A stretch of 64,000 nt of DNA from Ptychomitrium polyphyllum (lineage: Eukaryota), in contig OZ316775.1 in NCBI GenBank assembly GCA_973851085.1, positions 22,258,001-22,322,000 of the forward strand, given 5' to 3'. This document shows, piece by piece, positions 27,701 through 39,542 of the stretch. Within the stretch, counting starts at the first letter, position 1. The number at the start of each line of letters is the position of its first letter. The translations under genes were made by a program, and so were the position numbers. Below the pieces are notes generated by a model that was not told the DNA's origin, did no database searches, and was given only the letters and a program-made list of their open reading frames with translations.

Positions 27701-29671
27701 TTCCTCACTTCTGGTACTACCTTAACAATTATAGTAATCAACATCCACAAATTCCAGTAGGTAAGCTTTGTGAACCTCCTTACGATCTATAACCCTAACA
27801 CTCTGAAAAAATCTATTAGAAATCGATTCAAAACCGTCAAGTATATGAGTTTGGAGCCTCGAGACCCTGCTTCTGCAGACAATAATTCCCATAATGGGCA
27901 AACTTGAGAGATTCAAAAGCAATTGTGAGCTTCTGCAACCCAAAGTTAAGAGAGGCGTGCAAAACGAGAATCTTTTCAAAATCAGACAGGGTTAAGAAGG
28001 CACGGACCCAGCCTCCGTTACGAGAACGTCTTGGAGAGAACTTGAGCACAACTTCACACACATTCTCCTGATCAGCGTACGCAGGAAAAAAGCCTGTTGT
28101 AATGCTTGATGCAGAGTTGGAGCGGCTGGAGATAATTTGACAACGATTGATACGAGTGCAACAGAGAAGCAGAATGAACCCTCATGTGGTAGAAATTTAC
28201 AAATCCTAAGAATCATAGGCATCTTTCTGTCGGTTTAGCATCTTCCAACCTGGCGACTTGCATTCAGAGTTTGCCGAGCCTCCACTAGCATCCCATTCTC
28301 TTCTTCCACCCGACAGTCCGGAAAGAAAACTGTGGATGTTCCCTTGTACGTGCAGCCAAAGTGGGTCTCTAAGAATTGCGAACAGTCATTTGACACACTG
28401 TAGCTCCCCTCCCAAATGCCGAGGGCATCTCATATTTGAATTTAGTCGGAGAAAACAGAACATAAGTACTGTAGCATACATGGGCTGCAGTACGTACTTA
28501 GTAATATATGTGACAATGCTACCCGAATATGGACCTCCCTCACGCCAAGAATCTATTTGAATACTTTACAGAAAGATAATTGGCTCTGATCTGGCCCTTG
28601 TGCAAATCGTCTAGGTGACTTCAACAGTTCCTGTTTCAGATAAAAGAAGAAACGCTATATTGTTCGTGGGGTCCTGTACTGCACTTTGACAGGTTTTTCT
28701 AGATGTACCTGCAAATGTAAGTTCGTCTGTAATGTAAGTTAGTCTGCAAATATAAGTTAGTCTTATATATGAAATGCATTTGCTATGTCAAGGCCAGTCT
28801 GTATTTGTGTATGGATGTCCTGACACTCTGGTCACATCCAAACATTGTTTACTGCTGGATGTCCAGTCCAGTATGTTGTTCCCTTATTTGCACTGTTTCA
28901 ACACCTTGGAAGTAGGAGATGGTTTTGGAGGTCTAGTTGTTGATGTCCATTTTCCCCAGCCTTGAAACCTCAGTAACTGTACTTTTACAGTCATGACGAA
29001 TCGCAAAGGTGAAAATTGACAATTTTGTAAAGTTTGTGTTGGTAACAAAAGAACAGCACACTGAAAAAACTAGCTACGTCCTAACTACGAACCATAAGTC
29101 TTCAACCACAGGCTTTGTTCCGAAAATCCATCCAAGCAGACCACACAAAGATGAGCAAGTTGAAGCTGAAAGCAATATCAGAGAGAGAAAAAGCTCTGAT
29201 GAACTAATATAATTGGAGCCAAGGTTTGTGTGGCCACAAACCGTACAAAACAAATGAAGGCATACGGGTTCTAATTTGATAATTCTATGCGTGATGTTGG
29301 TTCTGCTGTGATGTATGCCATTCTAATAAAATTACGAGTAAGGGTAGACATACATGATTCAGCTATATTTGCCAGAGAAATTATGCTGAAAACTAGAAAA
29401 TGCTCTAAAATGTCCTCCCAATTTATGCAACAAGTTCACCGACTCTGCAGTCAAGATAATTTTGAATTGATGTCTCATGAGAGCTCTAACTAAGTCAATT
29501 GGTTTTCTCTCAAGGTCTTTGACCCATAGCAGAGCTGTTGATAAGTCACCCTCAAGTTTGTGCTTGCCCAGCTGCTTCCCAAGAACAGAGCAAATCAAGA
29601 ATAGAGTAATTCTGTTCTCCAAGTGTCTGGACTCCTTAGCCCTCAGGATCAGCTTCGGTGCTGTGCACTGA

Positions 29672-30104
29672 TCATGGGTGAAGATGATGTCTAGGCATGT
29701 CACATCTGAGATTCTGGACTGCTTTAGCCAAGGTCTTAACTTGAAGGTCAGAGTGCTTCATCAGATTGTACAGCGTCAGTACGAACTCTTCTGTGCAGAT
29801 ATGGGGAGCAGCACGTAAGGTTACCCCCTTGGAGCACTTCATGCACCTCCAAATCCTGGAGCATACGCAGAGTGGGGCGGATGATAGGAATCATTTCAAA
29901 AGTGTGTTGGTGATGGCTCAGTATGTATGAAAATATGTGCACACCATTTGCTTTGATGATGCCCTTGAGCACCGATTTAAGCCTTGTCTTCAGCAACGTT
30001 GTCAAGACCGTGGATATATTGTGGATCCTTTCTGACTTCAATGTGTAGACCAGGAGCTCCAAGACCTCCACGTTGGGATGCCACCAAAATTGAAATATGC
30101 ACAT
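29672..30104 (-). pseudogene. Frameshifted stand-alone fragment resembling the post-SET helical (TFIIS-N/Med26-like) region of ASHH2/SDG8 H3K36 methyltransferases
   Basis: NISTVLTTLLKTRLKSVLKGIIKANGVHIFSYILSHHQHTFEMIPIIRPTLRMLQDL matches the recalled ASHH2 pattern DLSMILDALLKTKSKSVLVDIINKNGLQMLHNIMKQYRGDFKRIPIIRKLLKVLEYL. After removing one base from the G5 run (29824-29828), it continues APHICTEEFVLTLYNLMKHSDLQVKTLAKAV, similar to PPFAGMESFKDSVLSFTEHDDYTVHNIARSF. Confidence 0.7.
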
Positions 30105-30285
30105 CAGTCACATCCCGTTACACCCACATTACACCCGCTGCTGCAATCAACCAGAAATTAAGAAGCAAAAAATGCCAAAATGGTGCAACATAATGAGGCG
30201 CATTGGACCATCGAGATCCTTTGTATATCCTTCTGACAATATTGTTACAAACAGGTTGTTCCTGAACTGTGAGGCAACCAATAAA

Positions 30286-33200
30286 TTACAAAAGTTGCTG
30301 CTCATAGAAGGCTGTTTGTAGCTGTTTCACATGCGCAAGCCATGCTGCCACATTCTGCCCATCTACTAAAATCCAATCCACAGCAGTTGCTGCCGGCTGC
30401 TCCCACCATTCATCGACCTGCCATGCAATGGGTCACATGCGTATTAGATACGTTCTTGACAAGAGAAAAAGATTGCTAGAAATGAAGCTTCTCAAAGAAA
30501 TGACCTTTGCTGTTGCTGCCGAATGAATCGGCTGCTCATAAGTAGGAGCACAGCAAGTAGAGTCCACTTACAAGACCTCGAACACGCTTGCAATCTTCTA
30601 AACATTGTTGAGCGTCCTGTACTGCAAGTTTGAGCTGTGGAAGCCATTCCTCAAGTGCTACCTTCTCCTGCTTTCCTGACGTTTCAGTGCAATGAGTAGC
30701 CGTCCTGCGCAACACAAACCTGGGATTTAGAGCGCGTTGCTATGGAAGGCTGCCATAGAAGGATCTGAATAACTGGAGGAACTGGTCAATAGCTCAAGGC
30801 CAAACACTTCAACTAGAGCAGCCTTTGATCCATAGGCCATTGAAAGTCATAAACCTGGTAAATAGATCCATGGAAGTATGATCTTCGAATACATCATTTT
30901 CAGACAATATTGACAAGACGATAAATTTCTCCCTCAACACAGAATAGTAGCCTAATAGGTTGCGGAGATGATCATTATTCCGCTATGCCTGCCAAGGATG
31001 AACCAAAACAATGTTCAGTGTGGTACCTCTCGTACTCCGGCCTTGATGCATTGGCTGCTGCAATCAATCCACGGCCATTGCCCATTAAGTCCCGAAGTGT
31101 TTGTACTCTGTTCAAAGTTTTGGCAAGGTCTTCAAGAACAGTTCCTGGCGAACCTCCAGGCCGCAAGAAAAACCGCATGGAGTCCAAAATCAGGGTTAAG
31201 CTGGAGTCACCAGCCTCTGCTCCTATATCATTTGAGTGTTGCCGAGCACGTTGAGAAGAGATGAAAAAAAATTCAGCATTCGAAATGAACTGTATCGCAT
31301 ACACTTAAGATCATAATGATTTGAGTAAGTTTTCTTCATAAAGGACTAAAAATCAAGGACAACGCAAGTTCTGATCCACAGTTACTAACCAGCTGCGTGA
31401 CGTAATTATCCTTCTCAATACAATTAAGAGTTGTAATTTCATACCAGGTGGATACTTCAGGGCAGCTGAAATACGACAGATGGTGGGAACAGCAGAAGGG
31501 TCTCCAGATCCAGCTCTTAATGTAAGCATATCCGCCTGCCTTTCCGCTACTGCAACGGCCTCAGCTCCGCCATTTGTATTTGCTCCTCTTGCATCCAATA
31601 TTGCCTGAGCCATTGACGCATGAATTGGCACGTGAGGTTAGGGTGTACATCATGCTGCATAATACCCCACTTCGAGCAAAACTTAACTCAAAACACACTT
31701 GGCAATGTGAAACATTCACCAGAACAAGAAGGGTGGTAGAATGATCATTGTCCTAACTAATGTACCTGAGAAGTAGTTGGCATCATGTAAGATCGATTAT
31801 CTGGACTGTGGTGAAACGTCATAACTTCACGCTCCACAAGGTCACGGGCGGCACTTGCTTGGTTCTGGGTTGATTCACAAATGGGTACCATCGTGTTGGC
31901 AGACTGCTCTTTGTTCCCCCTCGTATGTTGCTCCCATGAAGCGGCAGCTGCCTGCAGAACAAGAAATATTTCAGGTTCAGCACTTAACCACAATTGGCCC
32001 CTTGCCTTCGTTACTTGCCACGTGTATATATGTGCAACAGTGTGATGAAACAATGGTTGGTCACTGACTTTTCTTTGAGATACTATAACGTTTCGTATGC
32101 ATTTCATATGTGTTCTGCTTCACATGTTAGGTTGATCGTGAATTCAAGAAGTATCGACAATACCATGTTTGCACGCAGCAGTGCTGTGTAGATCGATTCA
32201 AGCTCGACACGCCTAGCGTCAAACTCTTCGATCTTTTTCCACTTCTCCTGCAGGGACTCCTCTGCGTCCCGCCGCTCCTCGCACATTTTTTGTAAGCGCT
32301 GGACTTCGGAATTAATAGTGTTGACACTAGCTCTCATTCCTGCGAGCTCCCTCTCTTTGGACCAAACCTCCAGCTGCAAGCCATGCGAAATAATCAAACT
32401 AAACGAATTCATCGAAGATTGAAAGCTATCATACACTTGTAAATGAGACGGTGCATGACAATCATTCTAAGGTGGAGAACTGACATCTCATAAAATCATC
32501 CTCATAAAAATAGAAATAGCTCCACATTGGTAATTCCTGAAAGATGAACGAAGACCTGCTGTTCAGCATACAAACCCATGATTATCAGGAATAGCTATGA
32601 CGGAGCAAAAGAAAGTAGAGTCTACCTCGAGTTGTCGCAGACTGCCAGAGTTCTGTACATCTGAGTTGGTGAAGGAAGGTGCGGCATCGGTGCCACGTAT
32701 CCGCCTAATGAGCTCATCAGTCATTCTCCTAGCTTGCGCAACCTGATTCAAGGCATCCTCGGTAGCCATAAATTGCTGCACATGAGCTTTCTGCAAAGTA
32801 GAGCACAGCCGAGGTGAGCGAACTGGACAGATTTGGGAAAGGACCGATTTGGCATGCCTCCAACCTCCAAGCAAAGCGTCTAGTGATTCTCAGACATGAT
32901 TATTCATGACATGATTTGAGAGTAAAACTGTAGTATGGTTCTCTACAAAAATAGCCTTATATTCTGAGTTACTATCAACTCCTGAAAGTTTGAAGATGTG
33001 AACCTGTCTTTCTCGGAGTTGTCGAAATGAACTCTTTGTGGTGCCTCGACTATTGCGCCGGCTCCCAATTAGTGAATCGTCCACTTCAGCAGAAATATCC
33101 TCTACAACTCTATTGTTTTCAAATCTATATCTGCAGACCAGAAGATAGAGATTGTCTGAGAATAACGTTACCACTAAAGTCAGATCCAGCCTTAATATTC

Positions 33201-35148
33201 AACTAGGGATGATCAACCGTCTGATAGCTTTCTACCCCTTCACTTTCAGCTCCCTTGCAAGTAACTTACAATCATTTGAAAGATATCTTCTCACTTCACA
33301 AGTAATCCTATCGAAATTAAAAAGTCGCACTTGCAAGGAAGCAAGCCAGGGTGGAATATTAATCTCAACCCTCAAGTAGACAAACATTCTTAGTATCAAA
33401 AAAGGCGTTATGTATAGAGCTCTTGAACAATGACCACTTAAATATACAGTTATAAGCCTAAATACCGACCTGAGACGCTCTGCGTCAGCCCGAATGTCAA
33501 TTCCCTCAGTTTCTCGAGCAACGGCGGCCACGATTCGAGAGGTGTATGCAGCTAACGCCTGGAGTAGTAAAGGGGGGCTCTTCAGTAACGTAAGCGCAGT
33601 CTCTTGTACCTCCTCTGGTATGCTGTCCCCGTCCACCTCGAACCCGAGCTTGGCCACTTCCAGTTGGGTATGGTCTGGGTGACTCCCCCCGCCATCGTAA
33701 GCTGAAAAAGTCGTTCTTATTTTATGTGTTAGGTCCTCAGCAAGGACCTCACAGGCTTGACGGACAGCTCTCTCTCTTGGAGTCTCAGGCATAATCTGAT
33801 TAGCAGGCTGGCCACTTTTCACTGGCCCGTGAAGATAGTCAGGACTTGCATCAGGGGACCCACTTTTTCCTCTTTGTGCTTCTCTGGCATGCTCTACATA
33901 TGCATGAAGTCGACGTGAGTACTCCGCAAAAATACGAATGGTCTGCTCAACCCGGTGCTCATACGATTCCAGCAGTATCTGCTTATGCCTACAAACAATC
34001 ATAAAACCAATCTCGGAAATAAGAAATTTTTGGTAAGGAACGCGGCTGTTAATGTTGTGCATTTTCTCACTCAACAGCATTCATTGATATAGTAGTAAGA
34101 TCTAAAGATGCAGCAGCTCAGGCTGCAATGCAACACACATCCTCAAACAGTTTAAAATCCCTATGTTATAAAGCTCCGATGCCTACTTCCCCATGGCCTA
34201 CCGAAACAAGATCTACACTAAGTAGCCTCATTCCATACCCTAAACAAAACATGATTGTAGCTAATGAAAATTTCAAAGTCTGCTAAGAGTGACTACGTTT
34301 CTCATTCCATTTTAGTCCTGGTATTCTCGTAAGTGTAGGTACCTGTACCTGCCTACCCGTCAAGTGATTGCAAAATTTCATGTTCATTAAAACGATTTCA
34401 ATGCTGAGCTACCATGCGCAGATACAACTCATGGCACGCAAAGAGAAACTGAAAGTGCCTGATGAAAAAAACCATGAATTGCAGGTTATGATCAACACCA
34501 AAGCAAAGAGTGGACAGACCTGGAATCAGATCTATCATCCAGACCTCGCTGCCGTTCACCCTCCTCTTTGGTAACATCCATCATACGAGACTTGATTTCC
34601 TTCACCAACCTCTCAATTGTTACTCTCAGCCTGCCCACCTCGCCCATTGCAACATCCCTGTCACGCATGGCCGCTTCTCTGGAATCTTCTGCTCCTTCAG
34701 ACTGCAGCGCTCTGTCCACTTCTTTCTCTTTCTCTGGCAGCTCCTTCACCAAGCTTCGTACTGGCACTCTCCCCCTCCTCTCTCGAGCTAGTGTCTTCCC
34801 CGGAGTGCCATCCCTCCTCAAACCCTCTCTCTCACTCTTAGGTGTCTTCGGTCGGTCTTGTAAAGCGTCTTTCTTGCTCTCTGCAGCGCTCTCTTTCACC
34901 TCCAAGCTCTCAGGTTTAGGAACCGATGTAGATGGAATTGTGGTGCCATGGATAACGACGTTGCGTCGAATCGCTTCGTTCGTCTTCTCAGACTTCACTC
35001 TCTCCAGTAAAAAATTCCACACGGGGATCATGTTGCCTCGACAGATTTTGCGAAGGGCCTCTACCGAGGGAGCATTCTGGTACCCCATTTCCTGTTGCAG
35101 CCATTTCAAAATGGTCTCGGCTTGAGGGGTACTACTGTTAGACTGCAT
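30286..35148 (-). CDS. AUG5: AUGMIN complex subunit 5 (HAUS5), 818 aa. Ten coding exons: 35148-34520, 33988-33470, 33130-33004, 32790-32626, 32373-32164, 31951-31766, 31604-31445, 31222-31027, 30704-30572, 30417-30286
   Basis: The N-terminus [43 protein letters not shown], internal [22 protein letters not shown] and [15 protein letters not shown], and C-terminal [31 protein letters not shown] are plant AUG5 hallmarks. All nine introns are GT-AG with consistent phase; total 2457 nt. Confidence 0.95.
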
Positions 35149-36760
35149 GTTGAAAAATGAAATGCAGTCCACCCTTTCGCTGAGACTATCTCCCCAGTTC
35201 CAACATACAACCACTCTTTGCAGGAACTCAGCCTGACACAAGGTCTGACATCAATGCTCAAGCATCCTAAGAAAGAACAACGCAGCTAACTTCTTAAGAA
35301 AGAAGCTAATGTATTACGCTATCCACAAAACTACAGATAACAGCACCTTAAGCTATCTCTAAATCTCTAAACCTCTGCTCCCTACCTCTAGATGCAGGGC
35401 AAATTGCGCCAAAATGTGTAATTCTACACGCACTTACAATGTAAGCGTCTTTACATAAGTTTGTGTGTGTGGGTCTGTGTGAATCAAGGCTATAATACAG
35501 AACATGAATGCAGGACGAAGATCGCAGCGAGAGCAAGCTGGGCCATTTGATACAAGAGCACTTACAACGCGACTCCCAGTTTAAAACACTTCACCATTGA
35601 CGTCTTCAATCAAAAACAGCTGCAACATAGTGGCAGGCTCAGGATTGGAAGCACTCCAACTAATTCTCTCACAAGAAAATGCCGGCGCTCAAGACGAACA
35701 CTCGCATTTGTTATACACTCTCCCCCACCCTCGCAAAAGAGAGACATAGCCCATGACGCTCCCGGGCTGCAATGCTGGGTGCCAATAAATGAACATAGCT
35801 GAAGCCAACAAAATTTAGTAGTCTCAACAGCTGGGTACTAGCAGTGCCATTAAGCCACGAAAACATTACATTGATGACGCGCTCATAGGGACCCAACCCC
35901 GAGAGAGGAAGAGGACCGAAAAACAGAGAGCTTGAGCGTCGCCAGAGAACAGGAAACCACAATCTTTGACCTACACCCTCGCTCATCGAGGCTCACAGAG
36001 CAATGGGCAAGTGCGAGAAGAGGAATGTCATCATTCCCACAGTTTCCAAGAGGACATGGTTGCGGCTAGAGAAATGCGGAGAAAAGGGTAGAGCGTTCGG
36101 TTCGACTTGGCAATGGCTTCCTGATGCGAGGACCAGATGATGGTTGGAGTCCGCGAGGGGAGAACTTTGGAAGCGAGGGAGAGGCGGAGAGTGGTTGCAG
36201 GGCGAGCGAGAGGCGGAGGCGGATAGAGATCTTGCGCAATGAATAGCGATGGCGGTGGATCAGGCGCAGATTGCTGCAACTCCTTGGGACCCAACTCGCC
36301 TCTATTTGCTAAACTCAGCATGCCGTCGCTCTGACATCCTCCGTCGCCCCTCGAAACGCCGGGCAGGTCCGCACCAGGGTACGGCGTCTGGCACGCCCTG
36401 CCGAAGCGCAAAACGTAGCTGTGGGCCTCCTGGCGCCCGGGGTTTCGCCGGTGGAACGCAGTCAACAGGAACTGGACTCCGCACCCGAATCAATGCCGGG
36501 TTGAATTCTCCGGCTTCGCCACTTCGTGGGTGCTTGTTGTGGAAGAAGGTTAATTCCCGTGTAGTGTAGTGAGTGATAGAACGGAGCGTTGACGGCCGCA
36601 ACGGCCACCGATTTGTACCGCAATAGCCAGCTTGGTCGATCCATATTCGGTATGTGGTAAATAACTTCAATGGTCGTTTATCCTAACCCTCCCAAGATTC
36701 TCCGTAGTGTCCTGCGTGCCCCTCCGCTCATTAAAGTTTCTAGATGGATTCCACCACCAC
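35149..36760 (-). promoter_or_regulatory. AUG5 5' UTR (with a probable intron, acceptor at 35233) and GC-rich promoter
   Basis: tgtgtcAG acceptor ~85 nt upstream of the ATG. A CpG-rich island at ~36050-36650 ends at the repeat boundary. The transcription start was not determined. Confidence 0.5.
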
Positions 36761-38553
36761 TGTAAGGTGTGCGATGCCTTCATGTGTCACCTTTGTCTGG
36801 TTAGAATTCTAATGTTGAGTGGGGGAAGGAAGCTTCTATGTGTTTTTGAATGTAAGGTTTCCCAAAATTGGAATTGATAGCTTTCACAATATGATTAGTA
36901 TCACAATAATTTAGGTGTTTAAAAATTAGGTAGGAAGTTTAACAATTAGGGTTTTTGGATGTTTTAGGCAGATTTGAGGCTCTTGCACAAGGTCATTATC
37001 AAGCCATTCCCATTATCATTGCGGCAATGCCATGCACTCATTACAGTCAAATGTGATGTCTTGCATCTTGCAATGTTGGCGCAAATAATTCAAGAAGGTT
37101 ATTGGACACAATGATGAAAGAGTCTAAAGATTTGGAGGTAAGTTTTCAAAACACTTTGTAGTCTTGGAATGCATTGTTCTTTGTATTTTTATCAAGTGCC
37201 TTCTGTTTAAGATGTTTATTTAAAATATGGAGAAAAAGAAGCAGTACAAATTTTTTTATTACGCTTTTGTTGTGATCCAAGAAGAAATCCTTATAAAAAG
37301 TGCTCGTCCATTTTAGCTTTGGAGTATTTTGATGTTAGATGTTGTCAATTTAAATGCAATTATTCCACATTGTCAACGTCATTATTGTAGATAGAATTAT
37401 AATGGAGCAATTGTATGATATCATTATTGTGGTTATTAGAAATGGGACTACAATCCTTGGATGTGTTTAGATTTAAGATAAATAGGATTTAGGCTTTCAA
37501 ACAATTTTCTTCCATATTCCCTTGTTGTTTTTGCTTATTTGTTGCATCTTAAATTTTTATTAGTTTTTTAAATAATAATAGTATTTTATTAATTTTTTTG
37601 TGGCTCTGTAGAAATAATATTTGCATTCTAGATAGCAATTGATTTTATAAGCCCATATTTTGTATTATTCTCAATTGCCACAATCCAAAAGGACTTAAAA
37701 ACAAGATGGATTTGTAAACTAGTTTAAGACTAGCTATTCGCATTGCAAGCTCCACCATTATACTTATACATTGAAGGTGATGGCTTTAAAAGTCGTGATA
37801 TAGCAGGTGAATTTTTACCAACATGCCTTCAATATAAGGTACCCAAACAACAAGTGTCTACGAGTGCTACAACAATGATTTGTCGTTCAGTGCAAAGAAG
37901 CGTGCCAATTAGGCTTCAACAAAAAGTACTTTGTTTGCATTCACTATGCAAAAGCATATTTTTTTCAACAAAATGCAACTTAATAAATACTAATATATAG
38001 AAAGATGTAAGGCGGCAAGGTGTTTTAATAGAACTAAGTCTTATTGTTCTTTTCTCTTAATTTCTTGGCCAGAAGTGGAAAAATGATGGAAATACTTGTT
38101 GAAGGTCAATTATCAATTGATACCTTAAGTCAATAACCTCCTTAAACTTAGTGCTTGATAATTGATGTTCAATAGTTGATATTTAATACTTGGTAGTTGA
38201 TGGTAAAGATTGATTATTATTTGAAGACAATTATGCAAAATCTTCCAATAAAGTGTTTATTGAGAAATAATTTTTGCTCGGTAATCTCACTTTATTAACT
38301 GACCATCAATAATCAGCCCTTGGTAATTAATAATATATAGCACTAAAACTTAAGATTTATATGTACATTAGTAATATAAACTGCTGTAATAAAGCAATAC
38401 CATCTTTAAAGGCAGCATGCAAATTTTACTACATGACAGCTTGTAGCTTAAAATTTGGAGTTAGCAAACTTTGTGTATACTTTTCAAACCTAATTAAGTT
38501 TTTCTAGTATTCTCTTCCTCTTTATTTTTGGATCCCTAAGTGTATTAACAAAA

Positions 38554-39540
38554 TGTTAACCTTTAATTAATAGTCTTACGTACAAAGTAACAACAAAACA
38601 AGGCTTTAAGATTCCAAGATGTGGAACAAGATATATCCAAGGTATATTAGAAGTAAAGAGCTATAACAAAGTACAAATTTAAGGCTAGAAGATCTAAATT
38701 AGACCATAGGAGATGCGTTGTCAAGACTAAAGATTCCTTAAGCCTTGACTCCTATATACTAAGATTATAAGCCTTGGATGCTTCTTGAAAAGCTTCTATT
38801 ATATTGCTTCATATTCAAGTAACCTCGAATTGCTTCCTTTGAAGCTTCTTAAGCCAAGATAACTTCTTTGGAAGCTTCCTCAACCAATGTAACTTCCTAA
38901 TAAGCTTCTTAAACTTTGTAAGAACCTTTCTATATGTTTCTATTATATACGTTTGTGACATCACCTCCCCTTCTAGCTCTAAAGTCTCTGAGGAGCAAGT
39001 TGTAACAAGTACTCAGAGTTGTAAGAAGTAAAAAATTTGTCGCATGGTGTTTGGAACATACTCCAATTACTTTTCACGATTCAAATGGTTCATGGGTTCT
39101 TGTAACCATCGATAGTGTACAAATCCTTCTACTTGATATCAAGTATGAACTTCTGTATTTTTGTTGTAAAAATGTTATCTAAACATTGCTTCTGAATCAC
39201 CTTTGTAAGTTGGCTCTTTTTCAAAGACAATCACAAATAATTTATTGCTATGTATCCTTTGATGTCTTCTTGGTCCAATTTGTTCTTTGTTACGAGGTTG
39301 TCAATGGGAGCAACTTAATTAAGTTGATAACACTAGCATGGTATCTACATCATGATTGTTCATATCTAATGTACTAAGCTATTCTCAAGAAACTATCACA
39401 AACTTTACAATTCAAACAACTAATTTCTAAATCATGTCTAGGGAATTGGAAACTTATGGTCTACAAATTGCATTATTTTCCATTTAAAAGCCCAAGCATC
39501 AAGATTCTTTAAGGTTACGCATCAATTCTAAGCCAAAACT
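38554..39540 (-). mobile_element. Decayed chromovirus-type gypsy 3' remnant (integrase/chromodomain debris, PPT, 3' LTR ~38960-38554)
   Basis: Minus strand reads aaggggaggtga|TGTCACA, the same PPT/LTR junction as at 61901-61918, followed by an LTR-like region with TATA-like and gaagcttc motifs. The far LTR end is approximate. Confidence 0.5.
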
Positions 39541-39542
39541 CC

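Noticed and set aside
24400..29350. Several 60-118 aa ORFs in CpG-retaining sequence
   Set aside because: No recognisable domains and no consistent spliced model could be threaded; may be UTR, lncRNA or intergenic.
35149..35241. 31-aa N-terminal extension of AUG5 in the ORF track
   Set aside because: It starts at a non-ATG codon upstream of a splice acceptor; homology begins at the ATG at 35148.
36031..36670. Overlapping 100-144 aa ORFs
   Set aside because: Expected by chance in the GC-rich AUG5 promoter/5' UTR.
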